Assembly: GCA_050250895.1 (NCBI GenBank)
Contig: JBFWNU010000001.1
Span: 552,008 to 616,007, forward strand
Direction: 5' to 3'
Source: Vulcanimicrobiota bacterium
GTDB lineage: Bacteria > Vulcanimicrobiota > Xenobia > Xenobiales > JADMJV01
Length of the DNA: 64,000 bases
Shown here one piece after another: positions 27,470-37,774 of the stretch (the first letter of the stretch is position 1; each line of letters begins with the position of its first letter). The notes beneath the pieces were generated by a model. That model did not search any database. It saw nothing but the letters and a program-made list of their open reading frames with translations, and was not told where the DNA came from. A program made the translations under genes and the position numbers.

Positions 27470-28168
27470 GTGAACGAAGTCCTGCGGTTCTTGCGGCTCG
27501 AGGGCGGAAACACCGATGTGCTTCCCCTCTGGGAGGTCATTTTGGCCCTCTGCGTCGCCCTGTTCTGCGCCCTGGTGATCGGGGCCACCTACCGCGCCTG
27601 CCATCGCAGTGCGGGATACTCCCAGTCCTACGTCCATTCGCTAGTGCTCACTTCGCTGGTCACGACCGTCATCATGATCGTGATCGGGTCCAATATTGCC
27701 CGAGCCTTCTCGCTGGTAGGCGCTCTCTCGATCATCCGCTTTCGCAATGCCATCAAAGAGACGCGCGACGTGGGCTACATCTTCTTTTCGATGGCCATGG
27801 CCATGGCCGCCGGAACGAGATTCTACGCCGTAGCGTTTGTGGCCACGGCGTTTATCTGCCTGACCTTGATGCTGCTGACCCGACTAGACTACGCATCAAG
27901 CCCGCTTGCGCCCGAGCGCCTCTTGAGAGTCCAAATGCCGGTGGGGGTCGATCCGGTTACCCTGCTTGACGCGACCTTCCAGAAGGTATTCACGAGCTAT
28001 AGCCTGGCCCTGGTGAGAACGGCCAAGCAGGGGCTGGCGGTCGAGGCCGTGTTTTCGGTTCGCCAGCGCCCTGACCTCAACGCGGTCGAGGTGCTAGAGC
28101 AGATCCGGGCGGCCGGCGAGAACATCAAAGTCACTTACCACTACGACTTTCACACCGAGGATGTCTGA
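27470..28168 (+). CDS. DUF4956 membrane protein
   Basis: 'IGSNIARAFSLVGALSIIRFRNAIK..RD'. Confidence 0.88.
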   Translation: MNEVLRFLRLEGGNTDVLPLWEVILALCVALFCALVIGATYRACHRSAGYSQSYVHSLVLTSLVTTVIMIVIGSNIARAFSLVGALSIIRFRNAIKETRDVGYIFFSMAMAMAAGTRFYAVAFVATAFICLTLMLLTRLDYASSPLAPERLLRVQMPVGVDPVTLLDATFQKVFTSYSLALVRTAKQGLAVEAVFSVRQRPDLNAVEVLEQIRAAGENIKVTYHYDFHTEDV

Positions 28169-28172
28169 CCAG

Positions 28173-30815
28173 CTAGTCGCCTACCAGGTCGTGCCATTCG
28201 GAACTGGGAACACGGGTGATCTTCACTTCAGGAGTGGCCCGAGCCGTGGTCTGACAGAGTTCGATAGAGGAAGCTCCACCGGTCTTTAGATCGAGCTGAT
28301 TGCCGACCAGTTCGACCCCCCACAACAGGGCCGAGCCTCCAACCGGGAAGAGCCACTTCTCTTGAGCGCAAGCCACCCCAATCTGATTGCCCTCAAACCG
28401 ACAATCGATAAGGGCGGCCCGCGAGCTGTCCCTGACCTCGACGCCGAGGTTGCAACGGCGCGTAGTCAGGTCCCGCCCCGTCAGCAGACTTCCCTCGCCG
28501 ACGCTTAAAGCCTTGTCACCACAGTCTGCGAAGGTCGTGTTGCCAAGCTTTACCCGGGAAGTCCTCACGGTCAGGCCAGCCTTGCCACAGCCAGAAAACG
28601 CACAGCCTTCGATGACGGCCTGACAGCGGTCGAGGTCCAGTCCGTGCGCGCGGGCCTCACGCCAGCGACAGTTCCGGATGACCACCCCGGTTTCGGCCAG
28701 ACTCACGCTAACGTCGCCAACCTGGTTGGGGCCCACCTCGCACTCTTCCATCACCACTCCAGAACTGGTATAGACGTTGACCATTCCCTGAAAGCGGATG
28801 CCGCGAAAACGGCCCCTACTACCCCCCGAGACCCTCAAGTGACGAAACTGGCTGCCGGCACTACCGGCGCCCTGCAGACCGAGACAGCCCCAGGGCCGCT
28901 CGGTGGCGGCCGCGATCTCGACAGGGGCAGCCCGGGTGCCTTGAATCAAAAGCTTGCCCCGGCCATAGAGGCTCACGTCGGGACCCATCAACAGGCGAGT
29001 GCCGGGCGCTATCTCGAGAGTCTGGCCCTCTTCGACGACCAGGTCCTGGTCGACCCTGACTATACCGGGCCCAAGACGGGAGCGCCGCGGCTTCGGGCGC
29101 AGTCGCTCCAGGAACCAGGGGTGGATGCAGAACAACTCGCCCTGGAAGGCGGCTGGCGGGGGCGATGGCTGAACCGCTTCACCGGTGATGGCGTTGCGAA
29201 AGCTCAGGCTTTCCGGGGGGGTCTTGAAGAAGTAGACCAGCGGGGCTGGACTGTGGTAGAAGATGGCGCCGCCCGGCTCGTCGACCCGTTCAAACTGCTT
29301 GCTCAAGCCAGGGTAGACACGCTGACTGGGATTGGTCTGGTCCCAGGGGTCGGTGACGCCATTGGGGGAGAACACATCCACGGCCACCACCCCAAAGCAG
29401 GTCACCTGGCTACCGCCGTCCTTCCAGGGTTCGACCGAGACATAGGCTTGCCCAAGCTGTTGCTCGAGAAAGCGATTGCGCTGCTCGACGTAAGCGAGAA
29501 ATTGCTCCCGTCGCGCGGCCAGCGACGAGGCCGAAGGCGATACCGGTTCGAGCCAGGCCAGCACATAGCCCAGCTTGAGTGTGTCGGGCCAATGGAAGCG
29601 TAGCTGTCCCAGTTTGGGGTCGGACCTCAAGTAGGGCAGAGTCGACTCGAGCTGGGTATCGACCCGGGCTCGGACCGCCTCGAGACTGGCGCTGGAGTGG
29701 AGCAACTCATAAACCTTCTGATTGCGCAAATGACGCCAGCGGGGATCATAGCCGGCCGTGATCAACAGCTGATGGGAATAGCTGTCGAGCCTGGCCTCGG
29801 GACCGAGATTGATTCCATAGCTATTGAAGTCCCAAACGACCGGTTCCAGGCGCCCGCGGGTCGAGTCGTAGAAAAAGTTCTGGTTGTGAAAGCTATCGAC
29901 GTGGCCCGTGCCGGTCACGGCGGTGAGCGCGACAAAGGAAGCGTACTGCTCGAAATCGAGGATGTCCCAGAGCTTTACGATGAGCTCGGGGGTGGGGGGC
30001 TGAGCGACCAGCCTCCGCAGGTCTTGCAGCCGAGAAAGATCGGCCTCGTCGCCGGTGAGTTTCCAGCCCACCGGCTCGGGCTCACGCCACAGCTCGCCTC
30101 CCCCGAACCGGTCACCCTTAAAAAAGGTGCCGTTCAGGCGTGAATTGGCTAAGGCCAGATCTTCACCCAGGCGATGAGAGCGGAGGTAGAGGCCGGCATA
30201 GTGGTTATTGATATAAACGGCGACGTGGTCACTGACTCCGGTCACGACTCCCATTTCGCGGCCCAACTCCTCGGGCAGCCAGTTGCATAGAGCCAGGGCG
30301 TCCTCGGGCCGCGACAACTCGACGAAGCGACGACCCGCTCTAATCTCGGATTTCTTGATCTTGACGCGGAACGAAGGCTTAGCGGGCGAATGGTGCCAGT
30401 CGTTGGCTCCGCGCAGGGTGACCTTGCAGGCCGAGGGCGCCCCATCGGCCTCGCGATAGTAGGCAGGCAGGTATAGCTTGGATTCCTCTCCTTTGCGGCT
30501 CGAGCGCACCAGCGTTTCGATGGCCCCGTCGGCCAGGTAAAGCCTCACCTCGGGAAGCCCGCCGTGCAATGGCGGCGCAGGTGCCCAGGCTGCGTCCCAA
30601 GAGGCCTGCAGATGCTGGCCCATCAGCCGGCGGGCGTAGGGCCAGCCATCTTGGCGTGAGAGAAACACGGCCACCGTCGAATCTTCTCGATTGATCGCCA
30701 AGAACGTCCCCGCCAGACAAGCCATAACCGTCAGAGCCAGTAGCCCAAGAATCCCCGGCAAGTGCAGAAAGCGCGCGCGACCAGGACCGAGCCTGCGCCA
30801 GAAACCGAGTTTCAT
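28173..30815 (-). CDS. CotH-kinase family protein with C-terminal right-handed beta-helix
   Basis: 'LRG...WH...KPSFRVK', 'V.IN..Y.GLY', 'HN..FY', 'PVVWD', then beta-helix repeats ('GDKALSVGE.S'). Start overlaps the VTC gene stop. Confidence 0.75.
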   Translation of the reverse strand: MKLGFWRRLGPGRARFLHLPGILGLLALTVMACLAGTFLAINREDSTVAVFLSRQDGWPYARRLMGQHLQASWDAAWAPAPPLHGGLPEVRLYLADGAIETLVRSSRKGEESKLYLPAYYREADGAPSACKVTLRGANDWHHSPAKPSFRVKIKKSEIRAGRRFVELSRPEDALALCNWLPEELGREMGVVTGVSDHVAVYINNHYAGLYLRSHRLGEDLALANSRLNGTFFKGDRFGGGELWREPEPVGWKLTGDEADLSRLQDLRRLVAQPPTPELIVKLWDILDFEQYASFVALTAVTGTGHVDSFHNQNFFYDSTRGRLEPVVWDFNSYGINLGPEARLDSYSHQLLITAGYDPRWRHLRNQKVYELLHSSASLEAVRARVDTQLESTLPYLRSDPKLGQLRFHWPDTLKLGYVLAWLEPVSPSASSLAARREQFLAYVEQRNRFLEQQLGQAYVSVEPWKDGGSQVTCFGVVAVDVFSPNGVTDPWDQTNPSQRVYPGLSKQFERVDEPGGAIFYHSPAPLVYFFKTPPESLSFRNAITGEAVQPSPPPAAFQGELFCIHPWFLERLRPKPRRSRLGPGIVRVDQDLVVEEGQTLEIAPGTRLLMGPDVSLYGRGKLLIQGTRAAPVEIAAATERPWGCLGLQGAGSAGSQFRHLRVSGGSRGRFRGIRFQGMVNVYTSSGVVMEECEVGPNQVGDVSVSLAETGVVIRNCRWREARAHGLDLDRCQAVIEGCAFSGCGKAGLTVRTSRVKLGNTTFADCGDKALSVGEGSLLTGRDLTTRRCNLGVEVRDSSRAALIDCRFEGNQIGVACAQEKWLFPVGGSALLWGVELVGNQLDLKTGGASSIELCQTTARATPEVKITRVPSSEWHDLVGD

Positions 30816-31537
30816 CGGGGCACCGCCAGAGCCAACATGCCCTGAGCATATTTCGAGAAGCGGACCGGCATCACTCCCTCGAGGGCCAGGATGTCCCTGA
30901 GCCAGGCCGGGATGCGATGGTTGAACTTGGTCTCGAGAATGAACTGATGGGGAGCTAGAAAGCTCGCTCCGGCCACCCGTCCGGGCGACTCGATATCGGC
31001 GGGCCCGAACGCCTCGCATTGGTGGTCGAAAGTAACCCGCAAGTGATCGTCGTAGCGGCCCACCCAGGCCTCACGCAAGTACGAGATCACAGCCGTGGCT
31101 TGCAGCTTCTGCTGGGCCGCCTGCAGTTCGATGGCGGCCAGAAGGTAGCGCTCGTCGACGCTCAACGAGGCCAGGTCGGTGAACTGGTGCAGACGCGGAA
31201 GATTCCAGGCCGAGTCTTCCAGCAGGGCCGCCACCGTGGCCGGCGATAAAGGCAGACGGTGTTTCGAAACCAGGTTATTCTGGCGCGCTTTGATCTCGAG
31301 ATGGTAAGAGCGAGCCGGGGCCAGTCCGTAAAAGCGCACGCGCAGCTTGCGCCTCAGGGCCACTCCGTCGAGTTTTTCGGTCAGGGCCGTATGCTGGGGT
31401 GAGTCGAAGTACTGACTGGTGACGCGATACACTCCCTGGTCGCCATTGGGGTCATCGCGCAGTCCCGGCGCAGCCGCCTGCAGCAGTCGAGCCTTCACCT
31501 GCGCGTCGACCAGGAATTTTAACTCATAGCGCTGCAC
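30812..31537 (-). CDS. VTC-domain polyphosphate polymerase family protein
   Basis: 'RYELKF', 'Y.V.S.YFD', 'R.K.R.RFY', 'LEIK', 'RVTFD', 'ILE.KF', 'FSKY'. Confidence 0.9.
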   Translation of the reverse strand: MQRYELKFLVDAQVKARLLQAAAPGLRDDPNGDQGVYRVTSQYFDSPQHTALTEKLDGVALRRKLRVRFYGLAPARSYHLEIKARQNNLVSKHRLPLSPATVAALLEDSAWNLPRLHQFTDLASLSVDERYLLAAIELQAAQQKLQATAVISYLREAWVGRYDDHLRVTFDHQCEAFGPADIESPGRVAGASFLAPHQFILETKFNHRIPAWLRDILALEGVMPVRFSKYAQGMLALAVPR

Positions 31538-31646
31538 CGCGCCTCCTCGAACTCGCCGAATGTCTTGGTCGTCTTCGAGGTCCGTTCGCCGCGGCCCCTT
31601 CGGCGGCATCGGCCAGATTCCGTGGCCGCTAAAGCAGCCTTAACCT

Positions 31647-32639
31647 TCACCTCTGGCTTTGAACCAGGGAGTCCATCCATTCCAGCACCCTGGCCACCAT
31701 GGTATGGTCGAAACGGCCATAATCCTGGCCATAGAGTTCGTGCACCATACCCTCCTGGTAGAAAATCGTCAAGTCAGTCTTCTGGTGAAGTTTGTCTGCT
31801 TTGGTCCGCAACAAGCGCTCGGGACATTTCAGGTCCTCGCTTCCGTTGACGATCAAGACCGGAGAGCTCACCGTCACGATCTTCTCCACCACTTCGGCAC
31901 CCAGGCGGTCCGACTCGAGATAGAACTCTCGAGAGGCGCCAGCCATCATCTGCCCCGGACCCACCTGGCCACTGTCGAGCGCCGCATAGACCTGGCGGAA
32001 GGTGTCTCGGGCCGCCTCGATCTCCTTCATTGTCCCGTCCAGTTGGCCGCCGATATTTTGCTTGGCTACCACTTCCAACTGGTAAGCAGCCTGGTATTCG
32101 ATCTGCTCTCGCATCGGCAACAGCGCTGGGGCCAGCAGCACCAACCCCGCCAGTTGACGTCCCTGAGCCACCCAGGGTCCCAGCGTTCCTCCCTGGCTGT
32201 GACCGAACACAAAGAGCCGGTGGGGGTCGACTTCGGGTTGCCGGACGAGCAGAGCCAGAGCGGCTTGAGCGTCACTGACGAAGTCCATGGGAGTGATGGT
32301 CTGGAGTTCGTCCCAGCGGCCTGCCTGCAGGAGCGTGAAGGTCCGCTTGTCATAACGCAAGACCACCACGCCCGCCTGAGCCAGTGCATGCGACAGCTCC
32401 TTAAAAGGACGAATCACGCCCAGGCCGACCGGCATGGTTTCGTCGCGATCGTTAGGCCCGGACCCGTGAACCAACACCACGGCGGGATACGTTCCCGGGG
32501 CAGAAGGATACTCGAGAGTGGCTCCCAACCGCAGGCCTGGCGCGACCTCCACCTCGAGTTCCCGGGAGGCGGTCGCAAGTGGCTCGGCGGCCACAGACAT
32601 CACGAGCACTAACAGCAGAAGTATTGTTCTCTTGACCAT
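31647..32639 (-). CDS. Secreted alpha/beta hydrolase
   Basis: Signal peptide, 'VHGSGP.DRD', 'RYDKR', nucleophile elbow GHSQG, 'G.ED', late His. Confidence 0.88.
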   Translation of the reverse strand: MVKRTILLLLVLVMSVAAEPLATASRELEVEVAPGLRLGATLEYPSAPGTYPAVVLVHGSGPNDRDETMPVGLGVIRPFKELSHALAQAGVVVLRYDKRTFTLLQAGRWDELQTITPMDFVSDAQAALALLVRQPEVDPHRLFVFGHSQGGTLGPWVAQGRQLAGLVLLAPALLPMREQIEYQAAYQLEVVAKQNIGGQLDGTMKEIEAARDTFRQVYAALDSGQVGPGQMMAGASREFYLESDRLGAEVVEKIVTVSSPVLIVNGSEDLKCPERLLRTKADKLHQKTDLTIFYQEGMVHELYGQDYGRFDHTMVARVLEWMDSLVQSQR

Positions 32640-32713
32640 GAGGGAAGAATACGCCCTGGTATGATCGAGTTCTTGCTTCCAGGAAGTACCCTCTGGACCA
32701 GGAACTGTGCCAG

Positions 32714-33163
32714 ATGCTAAAGATCAAAGACGTGATGCAAGCCAAGGTCATGAAGGTTCTGCCCGAGATGTCGGTCCCGGCGCTGATTCAGTTGCTCCAG
32801 ACGCAAATGATCCAGGGAGCCCCGGTGGTCGACCAGCAGAATCGCGTCATCGGGATTGTGTCCCTGAGCGACGTCGCCTCGGAAGCGGCCCGCACCCAGG
32901 GCGAGGTCTTACGACTGCATCACGGCCAGGAAGCTCCTTTCGACGACGAGTCACTGCGCTTTTCCACCGTGCGCGAGATCATGAATCCGGTCGTTTATCA
33001 GGTGCAAGAAGACGAGCCCGTCGACGAGGTCATCCGGTTCATGCTCAATGCTCGCATTCACCGGGCTATCGTGGTCCGTGGAGAAACGCTGGTCGGCATC
33101 GTCAGCACGACCGACTTCATGCGCCTGTGCCTGCGCTACCTCGAGAGCCCATCCAGCGTTTGA
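32714..33163 (+). CDS. CBS-domain pair protein
   Basis: 'KDVM', 'GAPVVD....GIVS..D', 'VREIM', 'IHR..V....LVGIVS..D'. Confidence 0.9.
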   Translation: MLKIKDVMQAKVMKVLPEMSVPALIQLLQTQMIQGAPVVDQQNRVIGIVSLSDVASEAARTQGEVLRLHHGQEAPFDDESLRFSTVREIMNPVVYQVQEDEPVDEVIRFMLNARIHRAIVVRGETLVGIVSTTDFMRLCLRYLESPSSV

Positions 33164-33175
33164 GTCCAGCCGGGC

Positions 33176-33613
33176 CTAGCGCTTGTAGCGCAGGGTGCCC
33201 AATTCGTCGAGTTCACGGTCCTCTTTGACCTGCTGAGCGGCCCTGAAGTGAGCCAGAGCCTTCTCGTGAGCCCGTTCCAACCGGCGTACCTCGAACTCGA
33301 GTTGCTGGCGCAGCTGAGACGTGCGGCTGATGGCCAGTTCGATCTCGGCCCGTCGCAGGTTGAGCGTCGAGAAATTCAGTCGCAAGGCCTCGGCGTGAGA
33401 AAAGAACGGCCGGGTGGCGTCGATGGCCGCCGACTTGCCCAGCAGCGAACGAGAAAAGTGCTCTTCCAGCGCTTCTTGCTGTTGCTGAAGGTCAGCCATG
33501 GCATCCAGGCATTCTTGCTTCATCCGTTCGAGCGAGGCCAGCACGCGCAGGCACTGGTCGCGCTCACGCACGGCCCGGTCCAACAGGGGCTGTAGTCGAA
33601 ACTTGAACTTCAT
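33176..33613 (-). CDS. fliJ: Flagellar export protein FliJ
   Basis: 'MKFKFRLQ.LL', coiled coil, 'E..ELDE'. Confidence 0.8.
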   Translation of the reverse strand: MKFKFRLQPLLDRAVRERDQCLRVLASLERMKQECLDAMADLQQQQEALEEHFSRSLLGKSAAIDATRPFFSHAEALRLNFSTLNLRRAEIELAISRTSQLRQQLEFEVRRLERAHEKALAHFRAAQQVKEDRELDELGTLRYKR

Positions 33614-33620
33614 CAGAGGG

Positions 33621-35666
33621 CTAGGCCACTCCGGCCAGACCGCGAAGTTCGCGGGCTTCGACCACGGCCACCGTGTCGAGGCTGATGTCCTTCGGTAGCT
33701 CCTCATAGGAGAAGACGGTCAGGCCGGGGATGGCCCGCTCGACCATGCGGCGCACCAGGGGACGGACCCTCTGCGAGGTGATGATGGTGGGATGGTGTCC
33801 TCGGGCGGCCACCTGGCCGGCCCCTTCGCTGAGCAAGGTGATGATCCGGCGGAGGGTGTCCGGGTCAAGGCCGGGACCGCCGGGCAGAACCCGACCGATG
33901 ACCTCTTCGAGGGCCGGCGAGAGCGCGGCTACCGGGAGGTGTTTGTCAGGGCCAAGATAGTCGCTCAACAGGGCGCGGCTGAGCGACTCGCGCACCTTCT
34001 CGGTGAGCCAGGCGGGGTCGCGATCATTGTCGATGTGATCGGCCAGGGTTTCGAGGATGAGGCGCAGGTCGCGAATCGAGATGCTCTCGCTGAGCAGGTT
34101 GCGCAGCACTTTGCGCAGCTCGGTCACCGACAGCATCGAGGGAATGACCTCGCTGACGAGCTTGGGATAGAGGGCTTTGAGCCGGTCGAGTAGCGCCTGG
34201 ACGTCCTCGCGACCGATCAGTTCGCAGGCGTGCTTCTTGAGAATCTCGGACAGGTGGGTGGCCACCACCGAGGCAGGGTCGACCACCATCAGGCCCTCCA
34301 TTTCGGCCTGCTCCTTGGTCTGCTCGGGAATCCACAGGGCCGGCAGACCGAAGGCCGGCTCGCGCACGGCGATACCCTTGACGGTGGTCTCCTGTTGCGA
34401 GGCCATGGCCAGCAGGCGATTGGGATAGACCTCGCCGTCGGCAATGGATTGGCCATAGAGGCGAAACTGGTACTGGCCCGGGCGTAGTTCGAGATCGTCA
34501 CGAATACGGATGGGGGGCACCACGATACCCAGGTCCGTAGCCAGGCTACGGCGCACGCCTACCACTCGCTCGAGCAGCTCGCCGCCGGCAGCTCCGTCGA
34601 CCAGCGGCACCAGGGCATAGCCGATGGCCAATTCGACCGGCTCGAGGTCGAGCAACTGGCGCACGTCTTCAGGCCCGTCCTCGCCCACCGGGTCCGGGGC
34701 GGGGGCCTGTTCTTCGACGGTAGTAGCCTGGAGCCGCCGGGCCGTGAGCACGGCGGCCGTGCCCAGCAGCAGGAAGGGGGCCTTCGGCATGCCGGGGATC
34801 AGCGCAAACCCCCCCAGCAACCAGCCAATACGATTGAGGGTGGTGGGCTGAACCAGCACCTCGCGGGTGAGATCGGCGCCCAGATGCGACTCGGAGGCTG
34901 CCCGAGTCACGATGAGACCCGTGGCGGTCGAGACCAACAGGGCCGAAATCTGGCCCACCAGGCCGTCGCCGATGGTCAGCAGGGTGTAGCGCTGCACGGC
35001 GTCAATGAGCGGCATTCCTTTTTGGAACACACCCACACAGAAGCCGCCCAGGATATTGATCGAGGTGATCACCAGGGATGCGATGGCATCGCCTTTGACG
35101 AACTTGGCAGCGCCATCCATCGCTCCGTAAAAGTCCGCTTCGCGCTCGACCTCGCGGCGCCGTTTTTGGGCGTCTTCCTGCGAGATGAGCCCGGCCGAGA
35201 GATCGGCATCGATGCTCATCTGTTTGCCCGGCAAGGCATCCAGGGTGAAACGGGCAGCCACCTCGGCCACGCGGCCGGCGCCATTGGTGATGACCACGAA
35301 CTGAATCAGCACCAGAATCAAGAAAATGACGATACCCACCACGTAGTTGCCACCCACCACGAAACGGCCGAAGGTGGCGATCACGTCGCCCGCAAAACCC
35401 TCGAGCAGGATCAGGCGGGTGCTGGCCACGTTGAGGGCCAGACGTCCCAGCGTCACCAGCAGCAACAGCGGCGGAAAAACTGAAAACTCAAGAGGTTTGC
35501 GCGTGTACATGGCCACCATGAGAATGGCCAGCGAGAAGGCGATAGAGAAGGTCAGAAAGACATCGAGCAGTACGCTGGGCAACGGCAGCACCATCACCAA
35601 AAGGATGCCGATCATGCCGCCTAGCATCAGGAATTCGCTCGCGATGGCCGCGCCTTGTCGTTTCAC
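33621..35666 (-). CDS. flhA: Flagellar export gate protein FlhA
   Basis: 'LNVASTRLIL', 'RVAEVAARFTLDALPGKQMSIDADL', 'FYGAMDGAAKFVKGDA'. Confidence 0.98.
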   Translation of the reverse strand: MKRQGAAIASEFLMLGGMIGILLVMVLPLPSVLLDVFLTFSIAFSLAILMVAMYTRKPLEFSVFPPLLLLVTLGRLALNVASTRLILLEGFAGDVIATFGRFVVGGNYVVGIVIFLILVLIQFVVITNGAGRVAEVAARFTLDALPGKQMSIDADLSAGLISQEDAQKRRREVEREADFYGAMDGAAKFVKGDAIASLVITSINILGGFCVGVFQKGMPLIDAVQRYTLLTIGDGLVGQISALLVSTATGLIVTRAASESHLGADLTREVLVQPTTLNRIGWLLGGFALIPGMPKAPFLLLGTAAVLTARRLQATTVEEQAPAPDPVGEDGPEDVRQLLDLEPVELAIGYALVPLVDGAAGGELLERVVGVRRSLATDLGIVVPPIRIRDDLELRPGQYQFRLYGQSIADGEVYPNRLLAMASQQETTVKGIAVREPAFGLPALWIPEQTKEQAEMEGLMVVDPASVVATHLSEILKKHACELIGREDVQALLDRLKALYPKLVSEVIPSMLSVTELRKVLRNLLSESISIRDLRLILETLADHIDNDRDPAWLTEKVRESLSRALLSDYLGPDKHLPVAALSPALEEVIGRVLPGGPGLDPDTLRRIITLLSEGAGQVAARGHHPTIITSQRVRPLVRRMVERAIPGLTVFSYEELPKDISLDTVAVVEARELRGLAGVA

Positions 35667-36706
35667 AGGTAGTCCTCCGCTTTGGTTACTGCTAACAAGA
35701 TTTCCGCCACAGCTCGGAAGAGAGCCGGAGGGATGGTCGAGTCGAGCTCGACTTTATAGAGAGCCCGGGCCAGGGGCTGGTCTTCGACGATAGGAATCTC
35801 GAGCGCGCCGGCGCGCTTTCTAATCTCGAGCGCGATGGCATCGGCGCCCTTGGCGACCACTACCGGGGCATCCATATCCCGGTTGTATTTGAGGGCCACG
35901 GCGTAGTGGGTGGGGTTGGTGATGACCACGCGAGCCTCGTCGAGCTTTTGCATGCCGGAACTCTTGAGCATCTTGCGAGCCCGAGCCCGGCGTTGGGCCT
36001 TGATGCGCGGGTCGCCTTCCTGGCGCTTGTACTCTTCTTTGACCTCTTGCTTGGTCATCATCAGGCTCTGGCGGTGCTCCCACCACTGATAGCCAAAGTC
36101 GGCGGCGCCGAACACAATCTGGACGCCGATCAAGCGCCAGATAAAGTCCTTGAGCATCTCCATACGGCCGAGATAATAGGCCAGCTGGCTGGCGCCCAGG
36201 CTGGTCATCTCCTGAATGTGCTCTTTCCAAAAACTCCAGCAAACCCAGAAGACCACGGCCGTCTTGAGGCTGATCTTCACGCCCTCGATGAGGATCTTCT
36301 TGGAGAACCAGCGTTTGATGGCCTCGAACGGGTTCAGCTTGTTGAGATCCGGGGTGAGCACGCCAGGCGTGAACACGAAACCGGTCATGGCTAGTTGCAG
36401 CAGGGCGGCCGCTGCGGCCGAGGCGATCATCATGCCCAACAAAGTCGTGCTGCCAAAAAGCATCAGATCCCAGATGAAGCCCTGAGCCGCCCCCAGGGGA
36501 TCGACCCCCGTGAAGGCCGTGACCAGGCCCGTGCGCAACAGGCCGATGAACTTCTCGACCAGGAAGGGAAGCGAAGCCGCCAGCATGGCGAAAGAGACGG
36601 CCATGGTTACGGCCGCCACCAACTCCTGGCTCTTGACCACCTGTCCCTTGCGAATGGCCTCGCGCTTACGATGCTCGGTTGCCTGTTCGGTTTTCTCCTC
36701 AGACAC
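35663..36706 (-). CDS. flhB: Flagellar export protein FlhB
   Basis: 'EKTE.AT', 'KQEVKEEYK..EGDP', NPTH autocleavage site. Confidence 0.96.
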   Translation of the reverse strand: MSEEKTEQATEHRKREAIRKGQVVKSQELVAAVTMAVSFAMLAASLPFLVEKFIGLLRTGLVTAFTGVDPLGAAQGFIWDLMLFGSTTLLGMMIASAAAAALLQLAMTGFVFTPGVLTPDLNKLNPFEAIKRWFSKKILIEGVKISLKTAVVFWVCWSFWKEHIQEMTSLGASQLAYYLGRMEMLKDFIWRLIGVQIVFGAADFGYQWWEHRQSLMMTKQEVKEEYKRQEGDPRIKAQRRARARKMLKSSGMQKLDEARVVITNPTHYAVALKYNRDMDAPVVVAKGADAIALEIRKRAGALEIPIVEDQPLARALYKVELDSTIPPALFRAVAEILLAVTKAEDYL

Positions 36707-37448
36707 GCAGGCCTCCGAGGATATCGATACCGCCCTGTAGCACCCGGGCCATGACCTGGGTGGTCAGAGGCAGGCTCAGACTGATCAGCACCAGCCCGGC
36801 CAGCACCCGCACGGGGGCGGCCGCGATCAGCATGTTCATCTGGGGCAAAAGGCGAGAGAGAAAAGCCACCGCCACTTCCACCGAGAGCAGACCAATGGTC
36901 ACCGGCAGCGCCAACCAGACCGAGGCCATGAAGAAGTTGCCGGCACTCTCGGCGATCACCCCCAGCAGGCGAGCGTGGCGCAGGTCGGGCAGGCCACACG
37001 GCAGCCAGTAGAAGCTCTCGAGCAGGATGCGGGTCAGGGCCAGATGCAGGTCGGTGGCCAGGGCTACCAGCACCATCAAAACCTGATAGAAGCTGGCCAT
37101 CATCGGCTGGCTCTGGTCGCCGGCCGGGTTGAGCATTCCCGAATTGCCGAAGCCCATCTGATAGTCGGCGATGGTTCCGGCCGTGGCTGCGGTGGCCACC
37201 GTGAAGTTGGTGACCGTGCCCAGGCCAAGGCCGAGCAGCAGCTCCCATAATCCGGCCACCACCATGGTCGCCAGGGTCGGGGTCAGCTCAGGGGCCTCGA
37301 GCATCGGCAGCATCACACCGGTCAGCAGGCCTGCCATCAGCACCTTGAGAGCCACCGGCAGCTGCTTGTTGTTGAGCACCGGCGCCGAGACGATAAAGCC
37401 CAGCAGGCGCAAGAAGACCAGAGCGGCTCCCAATACCAGAGCGGTCAC
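36699..37448 (-). CDS. fliR: Flagellar export protein FliR
   Basis: 'F.R..G....P', 'AG...D.QMGF', 'SR..PQMN'. Confidence 0.9.
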   Translation of the reverse strand: MTALVLGAALVFLRLLGFIVSAPVLNNKQLPVALKVLMAGLLTGVMLPMLEAPELTPTLATMVVAGLWELLLGLGLGTVTNFTVATAATAGTIADYQMGFGNSGMLNPAGDQSQPMMASFYQVLMVLVALATDLHLALTRILLESFYWLPCGLPDLRHARLLGVIAESAGNFFMASVWLALPVTIGLLSVEVAVAFLSRLLPQMNMLIAAAPVRVLAGLVLISLSLPLTTQVMARVLQGGIDILGGLRV

Positions 37449-37711
37449 AGCGGTTGACCCATCGAGGTCAGCATGGTGACGGCCAGGTTGACCAACTTCG
37501 AGAGCATCCAGGGCGCCAGCAGCAGGGTGGTGCCGATACCGGCTAGCAACTTGGGCACAAACGAGATCGACTGCTCCTGCACCTGGGTCAGCGCTTGAAT
37601 CAGGCTGATCACCAGCCCCACACCACCCACCACCAACAGGGGCGGGGTGACCACCACGGTGGCGGTGATCAGCATCAGCCGGGCCAGGTTGAGGGCGTCG
37701 AGAGGTTCCAC
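37445..37711 (-). CDS. fliQ: Flagellar export protein FliQ
   Basis: 'GLVISLIQALTQVQEQSISFVPKL', 'PWML'. Confidence 0.93.
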   Translation of the reverse strand: MEPLDALNLARLMLITATVVVTPPLLVVGGVGLVISLIQALTQVQEQSISFVPKLLAGIGTTLLLAPWMLSKLVNLAVTMLTSMGQPL

Positions 37712-37774
37712 GTCCGAACCATTGCTTAACCAGGGCACCGGCCCTTGCGGCTCGATTTTTTTCCGACGGAAAGT

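Noticed and set aside
28173-31019. Extended N-termini in the ORF track (CotH 31019, FliR 37778, FliQ 38089, CbiO 502, FlgK 6565)
   Set aside because: The extensions overlap upstream genes. Coupled starts or RBS positions and motif boundaries indicate later starts, so these are not fusions.
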